A DNA stretch of 64,000 nucleotides from Chrysomallon squamiferum (Eukaryota; Animalia; Mollusca): positions 38,936,001-39,000,000 of the forward strand of contig CM022665.1 in assembly GCA_012295275.1 (NCBI GenBank), given 5' to 3'. Shown in pieces: positions 26,501-42,035 of the stretch. The position numbers and the translations under genes are program-made. Position 1 is the first letter of the stretch. Every line of letters begins with the position of its first letter. The notes beneath the pieces were generated by a model. The model saw only the letters and a list, made by a program, of their open reading frames with translations, made no database searches and was not told where the DNA came from.

Positions 26501-29500
26501 TGGCTGTTTATAAAATAAATAATAAAAAAAAAAAAAAAAAAAATAAGAGGTTGTTTTAGGTTCAGTACTTGACTATCTAAATGTGTGGTAATTCGTTTTA
26601 AAAATAGTATGTGACGTGGACAAACTGTTCTTTATTAAATATCAGAGTGGACATCAATTTAGTTATACTTTATTAAAAATAAGAAACCTTTATAACAGAG
26701 GCTAAACTGTACAATGATCATTCGGCGTTATGGATTCATTATGACAACATAGAGACATAAATATAAATAAATTAATTTAATAAAAGTCCAAAAGTAAAAT
26801 ATCTCTCAAGTAAATAATCATATATTCATATTAAATAATAGACAATAAATAAATTTTAAAAATTTAACCAGTATTAAATCGATGTTCAACATATTCTAAA
26901 ATATATTAATAATCAGACGACAGTTAAATAAGTAAATATGATACCATATTTTTCAGCCCATAATAAAAAGATTTCTAGACTGCGCTCCGCTGATCAAACG
27001 TGTATGTCGTACACACATTCACTAAAACCAGTCAAAATGTTAAGTACGTCTACGCAATGACGCGAAAAATATCATTACGAACAATTACCCAATTTCAACT
27101 ATTATCTTAATATTAAGTGATCTCGATTAGGATTAGAGGAAAACAAGAACCCTTCACGTTATTGACTGATATGTAATGTCTTCTCTTCCTGCCCGGGATC
27201 TTTATAAACACCGTGTTTTCTGATTGACATATTTGACAAGAGTACCACCATCACAGCGTCATTGAGTCGATCTTCGTTTCCCTCCGAGATACACACAGTG
27301 TTAGCCTCGTTCTGGAGCCGTTTTCTTTCCCGGCAACACCCGACACCGCTTGTGGTCTGAGCTGGCAAGGAACGGGACACTACATGCAAAAATTATTTTT
27401 ATATTTTTTTAAAAATAAAGGGAAAAGAAAAGAAAGAACGTTAAGCGAATATTTTTTTTGTTTGTTTGTTTGTCGTACTATCCAATATTATACGCCGCAC
27501 GGTAGTCCTGTTCAGAGTCAAGATGGGTTCCATAATTGACAAAGTGTTTTCTTTACTTTGAGCGTAGAAGGTCTAGTTTTACTTATAGGTACTTAAACGA
27601 TGGGAGTGATAAAGACTTCGCTCCTTTCACCACTAGAGAGGGGACTAGGAAAACCAATACACCGGTAGCGTACGTCTGTTGCGTGTGGTAGACAGCAAGG
27701 CGGTAAGCAAGACGAAAGCGTTGTGTTATCAGTCTAACATCAGAACAACCGTGCATTTCTGAAGACAATTGATAAAACCATCTCGAGAGGCTTAAATGTA
27801 TCGTTAAAAAGCTGTTTGTATAAGTTTTTAAAATAAAATATAATATATTTATATATTTTTTCATTGGATTTATTTCTTTCTTCTTCTTTTTTTTTTTTTA
27901 TTTTATTTATTTTATTTTTGTTATCGGTTAATGTTATGTCAATATAACTAGATGAGCAAAGCAAGACAAGAGACTCGGATGAATGTCTGAAATTTTCTTA
28001 AAATATTCTTCCAAGTTACGATAACTTTGCGTGACCAAATAAACCCCTGTATTCATTTAATTTATTCATTTAACTAATCTGAAGAGAAACTTTTCCTATG
28101 TTTTCTCTAAGTCACAAAAGCAAGAATCTAATCAGTTTACTTCTCAAATTTTGAAAATGTCTGAAATCATTGTAAATACTGGTAAAAAAAAAAAAAGAAG
28201 AGTTTTAATATAAGGGCGCTGATGTCGTTGATGTTTCATTCTTCCCGGTAGCAGCGCAAATTCACGTTAAGAGCTTCGGGCGTGTTGTCCTCGGCAAACG
28301 GTTTCAGTCCTAATTAGGAAGTTGCTTTTGTTCCAGAATATTAAATAATGAAAAATGTTTCTTTACAAGAAAAAAATATGTGTTTACCAAAGCCCTAGGC
28401 GCGGCCTAGCTGTATGGGTTTTATTTTTTTTTCTGAGGTTTCGTACGACAATGGTCATGTTTGCAGGTGATCCTAATATTTTGTATGCAAAATCCATTAA
28501 CTCCTGTTTAGCGCTCACTGCCGACTCGACCCGTAGTCTTGTACCATCTATAGTCCCTTCATGTCCTCTGAAACGCACCCGTAGTGAAGAAAAGAATGAG
28601 AATAAAACACGTGGTGGGATAAAAAAAAAAATTAAATAAAAAAATAATAATAAATTCAGATTTAAAATTCAGAGAAAATGAAAGATCTAATGGACTCTTT
28701 TTCTTACAGCCATTGATACAAATGGTTCCATTATACGAAACTGCGGGACTGTGAACAATTAAATATAATTAATAATAACCGTATAATTGATTTTTTATGT
28801 TGAAATGCAAAAGAATGAATATTTCTTTGACGATACCTAGATATAATTTTGAAACTAACTGTGATGTTTTTAGTGTTCTAATTTAGAAAATGTTTTGTTT
28901 TACGTGTGTGTGTTTGTGTGTGTGTTTGTGTGTGTGTAAATGTAATTATACACGAAAGTATTTATCTGTCTATTGCACGTAACTGTTTTAAATAATAACG
29001 CACGCATACCCAAATATTCACAACAACATAAACGCACACTCAAAATAATATTATATACTCCCTCGCCAGGTCTCACAACACACTTATTTTTTTCTTCTTG
29101 GTGCTGATATGTTTCCCCACTCGTATCAGTCTGCCTACCCATTATCTGATAACCGTTGTACAAACATTTCGTTGGTGCTCGCTTTTCGGTGGACGATTTT
29201 AGATCGTAATAAAGCCCTCAAGATCATACAGAGATAACTCTTTAAGTGGACGTTATTTTGGAGAATTTGTTTCATGACCCAGACCACCCGTGGACAGGTG
29301 TTCGTTTTGCTATACGATATTTATATAAAAATTATTACGATGCATGTGTGTATTTTACTGGCTGCACTGTGATTCTGTTCATGCCTTACAGGATATGGCG
29401 TCAGTAAATGTCTTATCTTAAAACACCACATAAGAACGTGATTCATCCAGATGTTAGTACATAATAAACAGGAGCAGTTTATACGTATTGATGAGCATCC

Positions 29501-29684
29501 GTAGGTACATTATACACGTATATACATTTATTCACACCCACGCCCACCCACCCACACATATACACACAAAGACACTTACATATATACACGTACGTATACA
29601 TTCGTAGATACACACATGCACACATACGGATGCACAAAATTTAAAAATAAAAATCCATTAATCAACTATTAATAGAAATGAAAT

Positions 29685-29728
<44 letters not shown>

Positions 29729-31454
29729 ATGATATTTTGGTACATTATAATTCACGACTGCGTGCAGATAGCATGCTATTTCTAATTAATTATCGTCATA
29801 TTTCTCAAATATATCGTTTTCTCTGTCAACTGACAAACCGATCAACAGCAAATATTGTAGTTTGTTCATTTGCACGTCACAGCTCTAGTTGACATTGATT
29901 TTGTTCGGTGCCGATATTTGCACAGCTTGTAACGTGCCTAATAATGTATCAAACTGTTCATAACTGTTATACACCCGAGAAAGCGATTATAGTGTATATT
30001 TTGTCTTTATCCTGTAGAATTATAGATTACAGATGGATATACAGGTAGACAAACACAGAGGCCGAGCAGATATATATACAGACAAAAATACATTAACTAT
30101 GTATTTTGTCTTGTGTCTTTTTATAGTTATTATTGTCATTATACATACATACATACAAACACACATACATATAAACACATATTTATATTCATACATATAT
30201 ACATATACATATATATATATATATATACATACATATATATATATATTTTGTTTTTACTAATTACATATTATTTAGTTCTATTATTTATTTATTTTATTTT
30301 ATTATATTTTTATTAAATCATTCAGTTTTATATTTCTAGATTTTATTTATTTATTTATTTATTTTTATTATTATTTTTGTTTATTTATTTATTTAATATT
30401 TATTTATTTGTTTCTTTGTTTGTTAGTTTGTTTGCTTCATCCTTTCTTTTTTTTTTTTTTTTTTTTTTTATTAATCTGTTCAGTGCTTCTTGTAATTTTT
30501 ATATTTACTTCAGGTAGTAGTTAATATTCTTAACAACAACCTTTGCTTTTTTTTTTCAAAATCAATTTTACAGTTTGGTCGATTAGTAAATCATTTCATT
30601 TTTCTTCTTCTTCATTTAATTATAAAAGGAAATTACTTTATTTGCACATGTTCGTTCACTTCAAAACATGATTTACTTTGACATGTATTCTTAACACAAT
30701 GTTTACAGTGGGTTTTTTTTTTTTTTTTTTTTTCCAGCAATCTACATTTTTTTATTTACCAGCTGAATCTTGTAAACTAGCAGAGAGACTGCTCATTGTT
30801 ATAAGATGGTTAGAACATCACTTACATGGGCAACCAAGAATACTCAATGACCATTGCAGAAGGCCAAACAAGCTGTTGAAACATGCACGAAGACGTCCCA
30901 AGAAGCAGTCTCGAGAGGTCGTTGTACGTGAAGGAGTTGGGCGCATCGTCGTTGTTGACGTTATGGCGTGGCAAAGAGATCTCTGCGGATGATTCTCTCA
31001 ACAGAACGGGCTTCTCGTTCGGCACGTTTCGTTTTCGATCGTGTCTTTTTTGTTCTTTCATATTGCCGTGAAAATTAAATGCAAATGAAACAATATTTAT
31101 AAATAATTTGCGTAATCAAATACTGGTGTGGAGTGAAAGATAAGTTTAAAACTAAACTTACGTTGTGAAATAGTTTATACATACAATTTACTGGTCTGAT
31201 TTTTATGACAAGACAGATGAAGTTTACTTTGCCTGTTCATAATTTCAGTGAAATTGTACATGAAGTATCAGCATCGGACTTAGAAGTTTAGTCAACAACA
31301 ATGGCATGTCACTGAATCAAATAAAAATTACATTTTTCAACAAATATATGTTTAATATGTTATAAATGTTGAAAACTTCAGAGTAATATCATATACCGCA
31401 AACAGCATAATTACTCAGTAAATTTACAGCTATAAATATTTCATACGAACATCC

Positions 31455-31570
31455 CATGGGCCTCTGAGTGACCGAATGGAACTGGAAGAAGCCGATAGGT
31501 TCCCGGAGAGGTATTGATCCTACGACCCACCGTGCCTCGGGGAATTATTCTAATACTAAACTGCAACCTT
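31455..31570 (-). mobile_element. Degenerate 5' head of a tRNA-derived SINE
   Basis: Minus strand reads ...gaggcacggtgggtcgtaggatcaatacctctccgggaacctatcggcttcttccagttcc. It has a B-box-like GGATCAATAC and resembles the head of the copy at 38430. Confidence 0.55.
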
Positions 31571-32448
31571 CTGTGACAACTGACACTTCTCAAGCAATCA
31601 TATCGTTGAATTAAAGTATTGAAATTTTAATAAATGCGGTGTTTCGTTTTCGAAGTATTTTGGTGTAAATGAATGATTTTTGATAACAAGGATTTTATTA
31701 ATTTAATTTCAAAGGTAATACTAGACTAGAAGGAGTTGACTTACTGAACGGAATTACGCTTTAAGTGAAAGTTTAATCATATAAGTCTAACGGAGAAAAT
31801 AAAATAAAGAATCAGTTGTTGTAAGAGTTACATTATAAATAACGGTTATTTATTTAAGTAATTTTGACAAAACAGTTGACGATCTTTTTAAAATAATTTA
31901 TTTTCTGATACTTTTTTCTTCTTCTTCTTCTTCTTATTATTATTATTATTGTGTTTGTATGTGTGTGTGTATGTATGTATGTATGTATATATATATATAT
32001 ACATGCATGTATGTAAACGACAAATTTATCTTCAAAAGTCAATTATTAGGAAATCACGTGTAAATATTAGTTACTATTTTGCATTTTTGACAGTTTATAC
32101 AGAATAACGAAATATCTTTATCATGTAAACTTTGCTAACAATAAAGTATAATAATAATAATAATAATAATAATCATCATCATCATCATCATGGCAGTGGA
32201 TAAAATTCTAATAAACTTATTTTCGAATCAGAAAGAAAATAAGATATCATATCAAAATTATTTTATAAACAATATTATTTTTATTGTTGTTTTTTTGTTG
32301 TTTTTTTTACTTTATTTTATCATTGACCATGCAGTTTGACGAAAATCAAGAAAAACTCAAATTCTTGGCAAGCAGACTATTCATCAGAAAAATGTAATCA
32401 TAAAAAAATATTATATCATATAAAATAATAAAATAAAAAAAATAAATA

Positions 32449-32487
<39 letters not shown>

Positions 32488-32602
32488 TTTTAAAAATTAA
32501 AACAATTAAAAAAAAAAAAACATTTTTTTTTTTCATTTTTATTAAAAAGCACCACAGAATTCCACAGTATTACAAAAAAAAAATATTACAAATTAAAAAA
32601 AA

Positions 32603-32635
<33 letters not shown>

Positions 32636-32699
32636 TATCCCCGTTTGTTTTTGTATTTTTTTATTTTTTTTTTTTTTTTTTTTTTTTTCTTCTTCTCTC

Positions 32700-33270
32700 T
32701 GGGACATTTTATTACAAGACTTCTGCAAATAAACCAGTGACTGTTCGTTTCCTCTCCATCAAAACCCGCGCTCCTTTCTTTTCTCCGAACTCTCCTGGCA
32801 CGGGCAAAGGGACGCTGCTGTGGATGAAGCCCTGACGCCGGATGTCGCTGTCTGATATTGGTGCCAAATCTCATGAATTTCGCGCACGACAAGAGGCACC
32901 CATCGAGCAAATTTTCTAAAGGAAATATTGATCTTCCTCTCTGAGGGACGTGATTGAATTGGATTGCTGCTATTTGCTCACCCTGCCCTTATTCGATTTG
33001 CCAACAGATTGTCGGTCGCGCGGGAGCGCTACGCCCGCAATTACAAAAATTGCGATATTTTTCAACGATTTCGGCAAATCTGCCCGTCTGCTGTTGAATT
33101 GATTGGTGTTCACTAATTAGATAGTGGTGAAATGTTGTCAACAATTTACAGAGGTTTATTGTTCCACAATGGCGGGAAATTCGCGTCAATTTGTTTGCAT
33201 TCTCGGCAGACGACACCCACTGACAGGCGGCTTATTGATGGGACGCGGCGGAACTGCAGATACGCTATCA
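32700..33270. promoter_or_regulatory. Candidate enhancer island
   Basis: CpG-rich, repeat-free island with CTAATTAG, TGATTG, TGACAG and a palindromic Sox pair ATTGT-TCC-ACAAT; no credible ORF. Confidence 0.4.
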
Positions 33271-33296
33271 GAAAATAAAAAAAAATTTGGTTGTTG

Positions 33297-33344
<48 letters not shown>

Positions 33345-34071
33345 GAGATAATTACCTATTATAATTCAGCGTTAATGCTGTATCCGTCAACGATATTTAT
33401 AGCATTTTTTGACGTTATTCTGAAGTTTAAAAGTTTTGTTCGACAATGATTGCTTCGTGAATACGTATGTAGATAATTAATGATTTTTCTCTTCGTGATG
33501 CTGTGCTTTTGTTTTTCCTCCTCGTGCGTAGAGGTCAAAGATGAATGAATACACTTGTATCAATTATATATCTGTTACATAGTTTTATATATATATATAC
33601 ATACATACATACACGTACGCATACATGCATACCCATGTAGACAACACACATTCACACACACACACACACACACACATCAGCCATTGATCATTATTGATAT
33701 TACGTAAATTGTGGACTCTCTGAGGCAGAAATGTATTGTATAAAAATTAATAATTGTACTGCAAAACAGCATGACAGTTTGCTTGCACCAAACACGTAAT
33801 CCTCATGAAAAATCATTACCATTTCCCCAAGAGCATCAGTTTTGAACTTTTCTTCAACCTGATGACATTAAACTTCTTTTTCCTTTGTAGTATTTTTTTT
33901 AATTCGTATTCTTTCTTAAATCTCATTTAGCCAAAGGCCAAAAAAAAAATTAAAAAATTAAAAAATCCTTCTGCATTTCTGCGTGAAGTATTAATTTCAT
34001 CCGTAAAATAAAACATTATCTGCAATGCATGTGTATATGTATGTATGTGTTTGTGTGTATATATGCATCTA

Positions 34072-34120
<49 letters not shown>

Positions 34121-35376
34121 ATGGACGGATAAATGGATGGATGGATGGATATGAGTATGTGCGTTTTGTATCTCCATATGATTGTATATATGCATGGATG
34201 CGTCTATATGTATGAATGTGTTTATATGTATGTATATAGGTATGTATTAAATTGTGTATATGTTATGAATGTATGCATGTGTTGTATTTGTGTGTATGTA
34301 TGTAGGTACGAATGTTTCCATGACTACGTAAATTTTCTAACCCGTATATATTCTTCTGAGCATTTATTTGATGGTTAATATGATTTTACGTTTCAAAAAT
34401 AAATAAATAAATGAATAACACTAATAATTATTTATTTGTATGCAAAGGTTGCAACTAAATACAGTGTCGCCTAAATACAAATTCACACGAATATACCTAC
34501 TTTCAAATGAAAATATATAAAAAAAATTAAAAAAAACAATACAAAAAAAGCAAAAATAAAAACCATGCACGCACAACGACAAACAGCCGTCTTTCAAAGG
34601 TTCTGTGGGAAAATAAAATAAGTGCATATTTCTGATGCAGAGGTTCACACGTCGCCAAGAAGCTCGCTGAATGCATGTAGATACAGATGCACAAACACAA
34701 AACGAAACGATATAATTTACTGCACACCTCGAAAGATGACAACAATGACACGATAATAACAATAAATAACAACTTTCACCCTCGCAGTGTTTGCCACCAC
34801 CCTAATCCGACCCGTTCTGCGCCCCGAGCCCCCACCGTCAGCCGCCACACAATGCAAGACAATCTGCTGAGTTTATCATGGCGTTTTGCTTTTCATTATC
34901 GTCCGAGTTTTAGCCCTCGCTTTCCGTGGCCAATTAGTTACCTATAGGTGTCGCTTTCCTAGCGCCCCCATTGAGCACAGGTGTCCTCTTTAACGTGTCC
35001 CGATTGTCCGCCATTGTTTCAGAGTGAATAAAAGAGTAAATAATGAAACGTTAGCAGTTTGGGTCTTGTTTTTATTTTCTCCCAAACTGACCGGGCATTG
35101 ATGGAAAGCGAAACAATCCTGTCACAACTGAAGTAGGCTGTTGACACCTCGATGTACATGTGTGAATATTGAAGATAATGAGTTAATACCCACTACAAAA
35201 ATGCCCAACGGGATGTAACAACCCCGGGTTCCATGTAGTTAGATTTGCTAAATGTGCTGATCCGTCGGGGTTTGTGTGTGTGTGTTTAGTCGGGTGAACT
35301 ACAGGCCGTAGTTTACTTATATAGATATGTAAATATTTCACACCTTCTCGTATATCAGAAAGTTCTTTGAAAGAGG

Positions 35377-35408
<32 letters not shown>

Positions 35409-35770
35409 GTTTTATTAAAGTGTGTTACTCACAACCTGTGTGAAAAAAAAAAAATGACGCTGATCATGTACTAAATTATACAGTGTGGTTCATCCATGCA
35501 CAGATCGAAAATGATGCTTGAAGACATACATACGTTTATATTTAAATAAAAGCTCATTTAAACACATAAACAGGCGTTTACAATCACACATTAATGCGAA
35601 TATTCGCGTATTTCACGGAATGTATGTATGTATAATATATGTATGAATAGACGTGTATGTGGGCGTGCGACTCATATAAAAGTATGTACGTATATATTTA
35701 TATGTGTATGTGTGTATATGTGTGTATATGTACGTATGTATCTTTGTGCATATGTATGTTTATGTGTGTA

Positions 35771-35812
<42 letters not shown>

Positions 35813-36511
35813 TGCGTGCATTAAGGTTTTGATTAAGGTACTATAAGTTCAGCATTTAGAGAAAAGATAATTCAAATAATGAATTCACATGAACAAGTAT
35901 ATTATTATCTGAGACAATGTTGTTTGAAAATATTTTTAAAATGAATGTTACTAATTAGCTGGGTGAGCACTAATTGTAATTATTATTCTGTTTTGGATAC
36001 ATATATATTTAAATGTACTAAAAAGACAAATATATATAATTTTTGGGGGGTAATATTTGTCTTTTTAGTACATTTCTTAATTTTAATTAAATTTTATTAG
36101 TACTGTTTTTGTTGTTTTTACTTTTTATCATCATCATCATCATCATCATTATTATTATTACTTACTTACTTATCTTCAAAATTATTTAATTTATATTTTG
36201 CTGATGTATCTTCTTTACGTTTGCATTAACTTCAGCTAATTTTGTTTTCGCTTTATTGAGAGAATACAATAAACACGACTGTTCACGAAACCTGGTAATA
36301 GCTACTTGTTGTTAAATGTTACATTGTTCATTAACGCGAAGAGAAACGACGCGGCAAAATGCTGTTGATTTTAGTCCCAACGAGAAAACACATCATCTTC
36401 TTTTGTGACGCCCGTTATGGTTATCGCGCATCGTTTGACGAGCCCTATAATTCCCCCAAGCTCTCAAGTGGTTCTGAAAGCAACACACATACACGCACAA
36501 CAACAAATAAG

Positions 36512-36550
<39 letters not shown>

Positions 36551-38205
36551 AGATATTTTCCACAGATGTGGTCTTCCCATTCAAGGCACAAAAACGCGAG
36601 AAAACATAGCACTGAATTATTAATAAAAATTCCGCATCTATCAATATGTCAATACAGCCGCCTTTGAAGCAAGGGGAAATAAGGCGAGTATGTACACAGC
36701 GGGGAGGCTAGCGATTACCTGCCCATTGATTCCGGTCAAAGAGATGAACGCCGGCGCTCTAATACCTGTTTCTACCTGCCGTGAAGTAGGAAGCGGCCGA
36801 TTTCGTTGTTAAAAGAGCTCTTAATAAACCCTCCAAGGTTCATCAGTAAAATGATAGGTTATTCTTTGAGCTCTTGACAGCTCCTGTGAGATGTTTGTCT
36901 AACAGAAGAAAAAAATTAAATGGAATTACGGTTATTTACACGTTTACAAAATAGATGACAATTTTTACGCTCTGCGGTCGAAGTTCTTAAAACACTATTA
37001 TAATTCGTGTTTTTGTAACAATAATCGGGCTAAATTAGATAGTGGGTAACATAAACAAAACTAATTGTATCTATTAAGTAAGTATGCTGGTATTGATGGG
37101 AAAGTGTAGGGCGATTAAGAGGCGAATGACTATAGTGATGTACAAAATACATATTTATTCACATTATTTACTTAAACTCACATACATGCGCGCACATATA
37201 TCCATTCATATACTGAATCCAGGTTCATCAGTCTGGGAGGTAACAATATTTGTCCATATATCTACCTACTTATCCTTTATTTATTTTTGTAGGTATGTCT
37301 AAATACGCATACACACACACACACACACACACAGACAAATAGACAGATACGTCTATATATAGACAAACGGTCCATCACCTTGAGAGGTAATACGATAGAG
37401 TAGTATTTTCAGATCTGAATACAATTAAACCAACAAGGAATTTTTTAATATTATAACCACTAATTATGCTGGTTTCTGGTACAAGTATTCTTTTTATAAT
37501 TATTATGTTGTAACAACCAGTACATGTAGGAGTGAAGTGTCACGACAAATACATTTTTTGTGTGTGTGTGTGTGTGGGTGGGTGTATTCTAGTCTATGCT
37601 AACACATCATCATTCTAACGCAGTCCTAACGAGGCAAGCTTCAATGTGAGGCTTGAAGAAGAAAATGAACTGAACTGAGAGGAAGAAAAATAAAGAGACG
37701 GATAGATAAATAAATATTTCTGGAGATAGATCGACTGATAAGAAGGACAGAGATACAATCGGACAGACATACGTGCAAAAGACATACCTAGAAATTATGT
37801 ACAGTTATATATGTCTGTATGTAATAATCTTTTTAGCTTTTTTTTAGGTGGGGTTTTTTTCTATCTTTTTTTTTTTTTTTTTTGTTTGCTTTATATCTGT
37901 TTATTCACCTGTCTGGCCTGCCTGACAGTTTTAGTTTATTTCAATGTGTGTAAATATATGTGACAATAAGAAGCAACAGAATCAATTTTGTTTATCCTCT
38001 ACGAATAGCAAATTGTGCGACTCCGTGACTCAAACGCCAGCAAGCTCAAAATGTATTTTGCGTTTTACAAAGACGTATCAGTCAACTGTTATAATTAAAT
38101 TTACAAACAAACTTCCGAAGAACAACAACAGCACAAGAAATATTATATGTGAAAATTATTTTTTGTTTGATCTAAAACCTACAGACCCGCAAGAAAAAAA
38201 GAAAA

Positions 38206-38237
<32 letters not shown>

Positions 38238-38429
38238 TAGGAAAATATTTGTGAGAAAAGATATGTAATTAACAGGTGACCGATTTTCTCAGGTGTTGAA
38301 CTAAGGTGTTTTATTTCGTAGGTGAGAGACGGATGTTCCTAGCTTTGTGTTCAAAACGAATATATTAAAAAGCATTGTGTTGGCTGAACAAAATGGATGT
38401 TTGTATAGAGAGAACTGCATGTTAAAGAA

Positions 38430-38790
38430 GCGGTCTAGAGCTAGTTATATTGTGAGGTGGTTTGATGCATGAATGGCCGCAGGGTCGATTCTTGTAAGAC
38501 CCCATTTCTGCTATTTCCCGTTCCAACGAGTGATTTATTACTTTTTATCGAAAGTCGTGATATATACTTCTGTGTCAGTGGGTAATTTCCTATAAAAAGT
38601 CAACTGTTGCTAAGTGAAAAATATTTCAGTTTTGGGGTTTTGGTTGTTGTTTTTTTGTTGTTGTTTTTTTTATGCTGAAGACTGTTATTATGTTAGAAAT
38701 ACCATACTTTTAACAACATTTGTAAAAAAAAAATAAAAAAATTAATTAATGTTAACTAGCTTTGTTTTGTCCTTAATAAAACAAATTTTA
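38430..38790 (+). mobile_element. Degenerate full-length tRNA-derived SINE, Meta-domain-like
   Basis: B-box-like GGTCGATTC (38483-38491), then cccatt..gctatttcccgttcca, a central aaagtcgtgatatatacttctgtgtcagtggg...tataaaaag...tgctaa..gaaaa resembling the MetaSINE core as I recall it, and a tail ending gtccttaataaaacaaa. Family assignment is from memory. Confidence 0.6.
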
Positions 38791-38800
38791 TTATTATTAC

Positions 38801-38857
<57 letters not shown>

Positions 38858-40250
38858 ATGTAGTGTTCAGTTTGGAACAATGTATGTTTTATATATTATT
38901 TAAAATTAAATAAATACATTTCATTTTAGATAATTAGTAAAAAAAATATATATTAAATAAAATCTTCTTTTTTTTTAATCTTATATTTAAGCTACTTTCT
39001 TTTCTTCTGATTAATTTTATAAGTTAATTTCAAACCCTGTAATAATTTTGTTAATGGTGTCAATATCGCATTATAGTAAACTCGTTGATTGTTATTATAT
39101 ATCACAGTTACATTTAGGAATATACATGAAAATATATGTGTAGTTTGTATTAAATCATGAATCAGAGATGTGATTTTTAAATCCTATTTATTAATTTATT
39201 TATTTGTTTGTTTGTTTGTTTGTTGCTTCAATTTTATTTCCGTATATTTCAAATTTATTATAATGTTGTTTTGTTTGTGTGTGTGTATGTATTTTTTTTT
39301 TGGGGGGGGGTAATTGAGATAGTGCGAAAATTTAAATTTTATTATCTTCGACAATTTCTTTATTTTATTATTATTTTATCATTTATTTTTCTAAATATTT
39401 TTTATTATAAATCTTATTTATTTTATTAATATATTTTTTATTTAATTTATTAAATTTATTTTTTATTTTATTTTCTATAAATTATTTATTTATTCATTCA
39501 TTCATTCATTCTTTTCTTTATTTACTTAACTTATACACTTTATATATTTCTTAATTCCTTTACACATATTTGTATCTTTATTTGTATCGACATCTTCACG
39601 GGAATTCTGTTTATAACGTTAATGATATCGACACCTGTTCAATTTCTCCGTGGTCAATTTCACCCGCTTATAATCACTATCTGTTTTAGATGTACAATAC
39701 CTCTATTGTGTGTCGATCATCACTAGCATCAACAGTTCTCGGTCCAATAACGCCAGAAGGATAACAATATTTTTCAAATAACAGCTCAACAACTGATACG
39801 TATTAATAACATGAATGTGACAAATTGTTCACGCTTTAACCCTTTGTTTTAAATTCCTAGGGCAACATTACGCGTTACAAAAGGAAGACGGACACGGTTT
39901 CAAAAACGGATAAATTATTGTATTTTTGTTCTAATTCCGCGAGACAGGTTACAGAAAGAAAGAACGGCTTGTGTAAGAAAAAAAAAAAGAAAAAAAATAA
40001 CAATAAAAAGAATGAAAAAGATGTTTTGAAGACATTGTTTTATTATTTGAATATATTTTGTAATTATAAATCAAAGTACAATGGAAAGAAAGCGGGTGAA
40101 AAAAAAAACTACATTTTGTATTTTGGTGATTGTTTTTTTATTTAAGGCTATTTTTCAAATTTTGGTATGTAGAATAAATTTGGGTTTCTATGACTTAATC
40201 GTTGTCTCGAATATATGTCAAATCTTATCGACAATTTGAAAGCAAATACT

Positions 40251-40253
<3 letters not shown>

Positions 40254-40333
<80 letters not shown>
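40254..40333. repeat. (CT)n microsatellite
   Basis: Perfect dinucleotide run. Confidence 0.98.
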
Positions 40334-40337
<4 letters not shown>

Positions 40338-42035
40338 TTATGTAAACAGCTACAAAATAGAGAGACAGACATACAGACACAGTGACATATACAGATAGAG
40401 AGACAGATAGCGATAGAGAGAGAGAAATAAACAAACAAACAGACAGACAGACAGAGAGACAGAGTCTAGAACAAACACTGACAGATTTCTTCTCCAGTTT
40501 ATAAACATTTGTGCAGCAGAAAAGCGATCTCAATTGCACCAAACAACAAAACGTGAATTGTTAGAATATCGACGTTCACCTGGGATTATATTCCAATTTA
40601 GAGGTCGATGACGACGGATCGAGGCTGCACGATCCCGCCACTGACGGCGATGACAACGTAGTGGGGATTTCTCTGATCCTCTTACTCTTGACAGGTATGA
40701 CAGGTAAAATAGGGGACACAAATTAATCAGTTTGTCGAAACATTCCCCATTGTGCGTTTCAGTCTGGCGCTGCAAACGTAAACTTGGTCGTAGAAAAAAT
40801 CAAAATATTTTAAACTGTTAAAAGCAGATTATATAAAATATTGTTCAGGTTCCTGTGATATATTTATTTTTATCGGCAGTTAGAAGTTTCAGTCATTTTT
40901 TATTTTTTATTTTTTTTATTTTTTATTTTTTATTTTGTTCAGTGTTTGTCCTGTTGTTGAGTGATTGGTGATATAAAAATTGTTATTATATAGTTTGGCA
41001 AATTTTTTTATTTTAAAAAAGATTAAATCTAATTTTACGTCAGTTTTCTAAATCGCATTTAGTTTTTAAAATACCTTTAATTTTGTTTTAATATCATTAT
41101 CTAGCAGTATCTCCAGTAATAGTAGGCAGTAGGTAGTAGCATAGCAATAATAGGAGTAGCAGTAATAGCATCAGCAGTGGTAGTTGTGACCATATCACAC
41201 TGAAAATAAGGGACAGTTACATTTCACTTTTTCTTTCTTTCTTTCCATCTATCTCTCTATCTTTCTTTTTAATCTGTCTTTCTGTTTCTTTCTCTCTCTT
41301 CCACTTTTCCTTCTGTTTTTTCCCAATTCTGTTTAATAATTTGTTTATCAGACATAAATGTAATGGACACAAGCAAATATATACAGACATAAAATAAAAA
41401 TAAAAATACTTATGCACATCAGACACAATACATATTTCTCACAGACAACCCAACAAATAATAAGTGAGCACAATGTACGATATATATAGTAATTTATGTA
41501 CAAATACAAAACAATTTACTATTGAAAGACATGTGCAGTAAACGTTAATTTTTGAAATATAATTATATAAAAGGGCCTTTAAAGAGTAATTTATTCGGCT
41601 GATTTCTTTGTTAAATAGAATTCAATAATAAATTTTCTTGAATAAAAAATATAACAGATGCAGCTATAGCATAAACGTCGTATGTTAACTGCAGATAATT
41701 TAACAGACGTAGGGCCGCATTACGGTAATCTTATACACGTAACTGTAGAAGTTTACAGTATTTCTTAGACTGTATCTTTCAACCCTATGATATTACAAGT
41801 CTCCGCGCCTTCTGGAATGAAGTTTTAGAATAATTTATTTCAACAAGTGACAAGGTTTTTGCTTCTGAGATTAGCGTAAATCTGCAGGGTTGAGATTATG
41901 TCAAAACAGTCACAGCAGAAAAGCCACAAATTATGACACACAAGAGCGCGTGGACAAACGTGTCAATTTGTAAACTAGATATATTGCCGTGTGAATTTTA
42001 AAAAACCATTTTAAGAGAATGGAAATGTATTTTTA

